Position numbers and translations under genes: made by a program. This document shows, one piece after another, positions 63,044 to 64,000 of a DNA stretch of 64,000 bases. The notes beneath the pieces were generated by a model. That model was not told the origin of the DNA. It did not search any database and was given only the letters and a program-made list of their open reading frames with translations. The DNA comes from Marsupella aquatica (taxonomy: Eukaryota > Plantae > Marchantiophyta), in assembly GCA_973895155.1 (NCBI GenBank), contig OZ316895.1, positions 11,909,829 through 11,973,828 on the forward strand, given 5' to 3'. Numbering within the stretch: the stretch's first letter is position 1; each line of letters begins with the position of its first letter.

Positions 63044-63552
63044 ATGAGTCGGCCGAATGAGGAGGAGACTCCTCTGCACAATACGTCCCAATCGGACATC
63101 GACGAGATAGAGAGCTTGTTCAACATCAGTGTGCAACCCGCGGCAACTATCCATGCTCCAACATCGACGTCTCCTGGCAAGCCTCCGAGCAGTGGCAGCG
63201 GGGGAGGGCCTTCCCCTCAAGTTTCCATTCCCGTATCATCCGATCCTCGGTCCGCTGCAGGACCGTCTGTTAATGGGGCCTCGTCGTCTTCTACTTCAGC
63301 TGGAGGAGGAGGAGGACCATCGGCAGGAGGGCCTGGAGCGTTCGGCGGAGGCCCGGTTTATGATACTCTTACGGAGCCAGTGTATGTCACTTTGAAAAGA
63401 GATGTCGTTCGGGTGGTCTCCAATTTGAAGCAGGTCGTCTTTCCTAACCCTTACCGTGAAGATCCTGGCAAGGCTCTCCGCGATTGGGATCTTTGGGGCC
63501 CATTCTTCTTCATCATTTTCCTGGCTCTGTCGTCCTCGGCAACGGAGAAAAG
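63044..63552 (+). CDS. Yip1-domain (YIPF6/YIP4-like) membrane trafficking protein, first coding exon
   Basis: [11 protein letters not shown] and DTLTEPV..TLKRD...[34 protein letters not shown] motifs. Candidate donor AG/GTACTT at 63553. The remaining exons are not seen in the window. Confidence 0.85.
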
Positions 63553-64000
63553 GTACTTTACACTCTTTCACACCCACCAGATCTAGGGGTTTGCGGGCAA
63601 TTTGTCCATGAATGCCCATTGTTTTGGGACTTTTTGGGCCGTCACTCCTTGATAGGACGCTTGCAAGGGCTCTGTCTCAGAGCCGCGTTGTAAAGTGGTT
63701 GATCATATCCCTGAACTTAGTCTAAATATGTTGATTGTGACATGTCGAAAAGCCAACCGACCTCAGGAATTGGCCATGCCGAGGTTATCAATTTAGACAA
63801 TACCTTACAGCTCAGCTCTGAAATTGGCTATCTTAGGGTTGCATCCTCAGTATGCACTGTGTGAAGCATCTCATGAGCTCAGAGGACGAAGGGGATTCCA
63901 TGATGAAATGGTTAATTTCGTTTGGCGATCTCTAGACGCCTTTACCCGCCAAGAATGCCGTCCTTGAGGCTCTTGGCCTCTGTTCATGATAGGTGTTCAG

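Overview
Eukaryotic plant genomic DNA. It has GT-AG introns, TTTAGGG repeats and plant gene families, and its style suggests a bryophyte such as a liverwort (inference). Four host genes are visible: an intronless LRR receptor-like protein (3648-6275, minus), a 4-exon NT-C2 domain gene (27076-30232, minus), an intronless cyclase/kynurenine formamidase (59519-60325, minus) and the first coding exon of a Yip1-family gene (63044-63552, plus). They are separated by TE-rich DNA containing MITEs, non-autonomous Helitron-like repeats, LTR relics and a relic of an RLE-type non-LTR element. The standout is a structurally complete Ty1/copia element (51961-59302) with 285-bp LTRs, a CTGTG TSD, a tRNA-Met PBS and a PPT. 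Between pol and the 3' LTR it carries an intact antisense ORF that combines a hydrophobic N-terminal helix with an RNase H1 hybrid-binding / caulimovirus P6-like domain. Its pol is disabled by a TAG and by a nested 1.6-kb TIR element with a 4-bp TSD. All calls are by eye; no searches were run.
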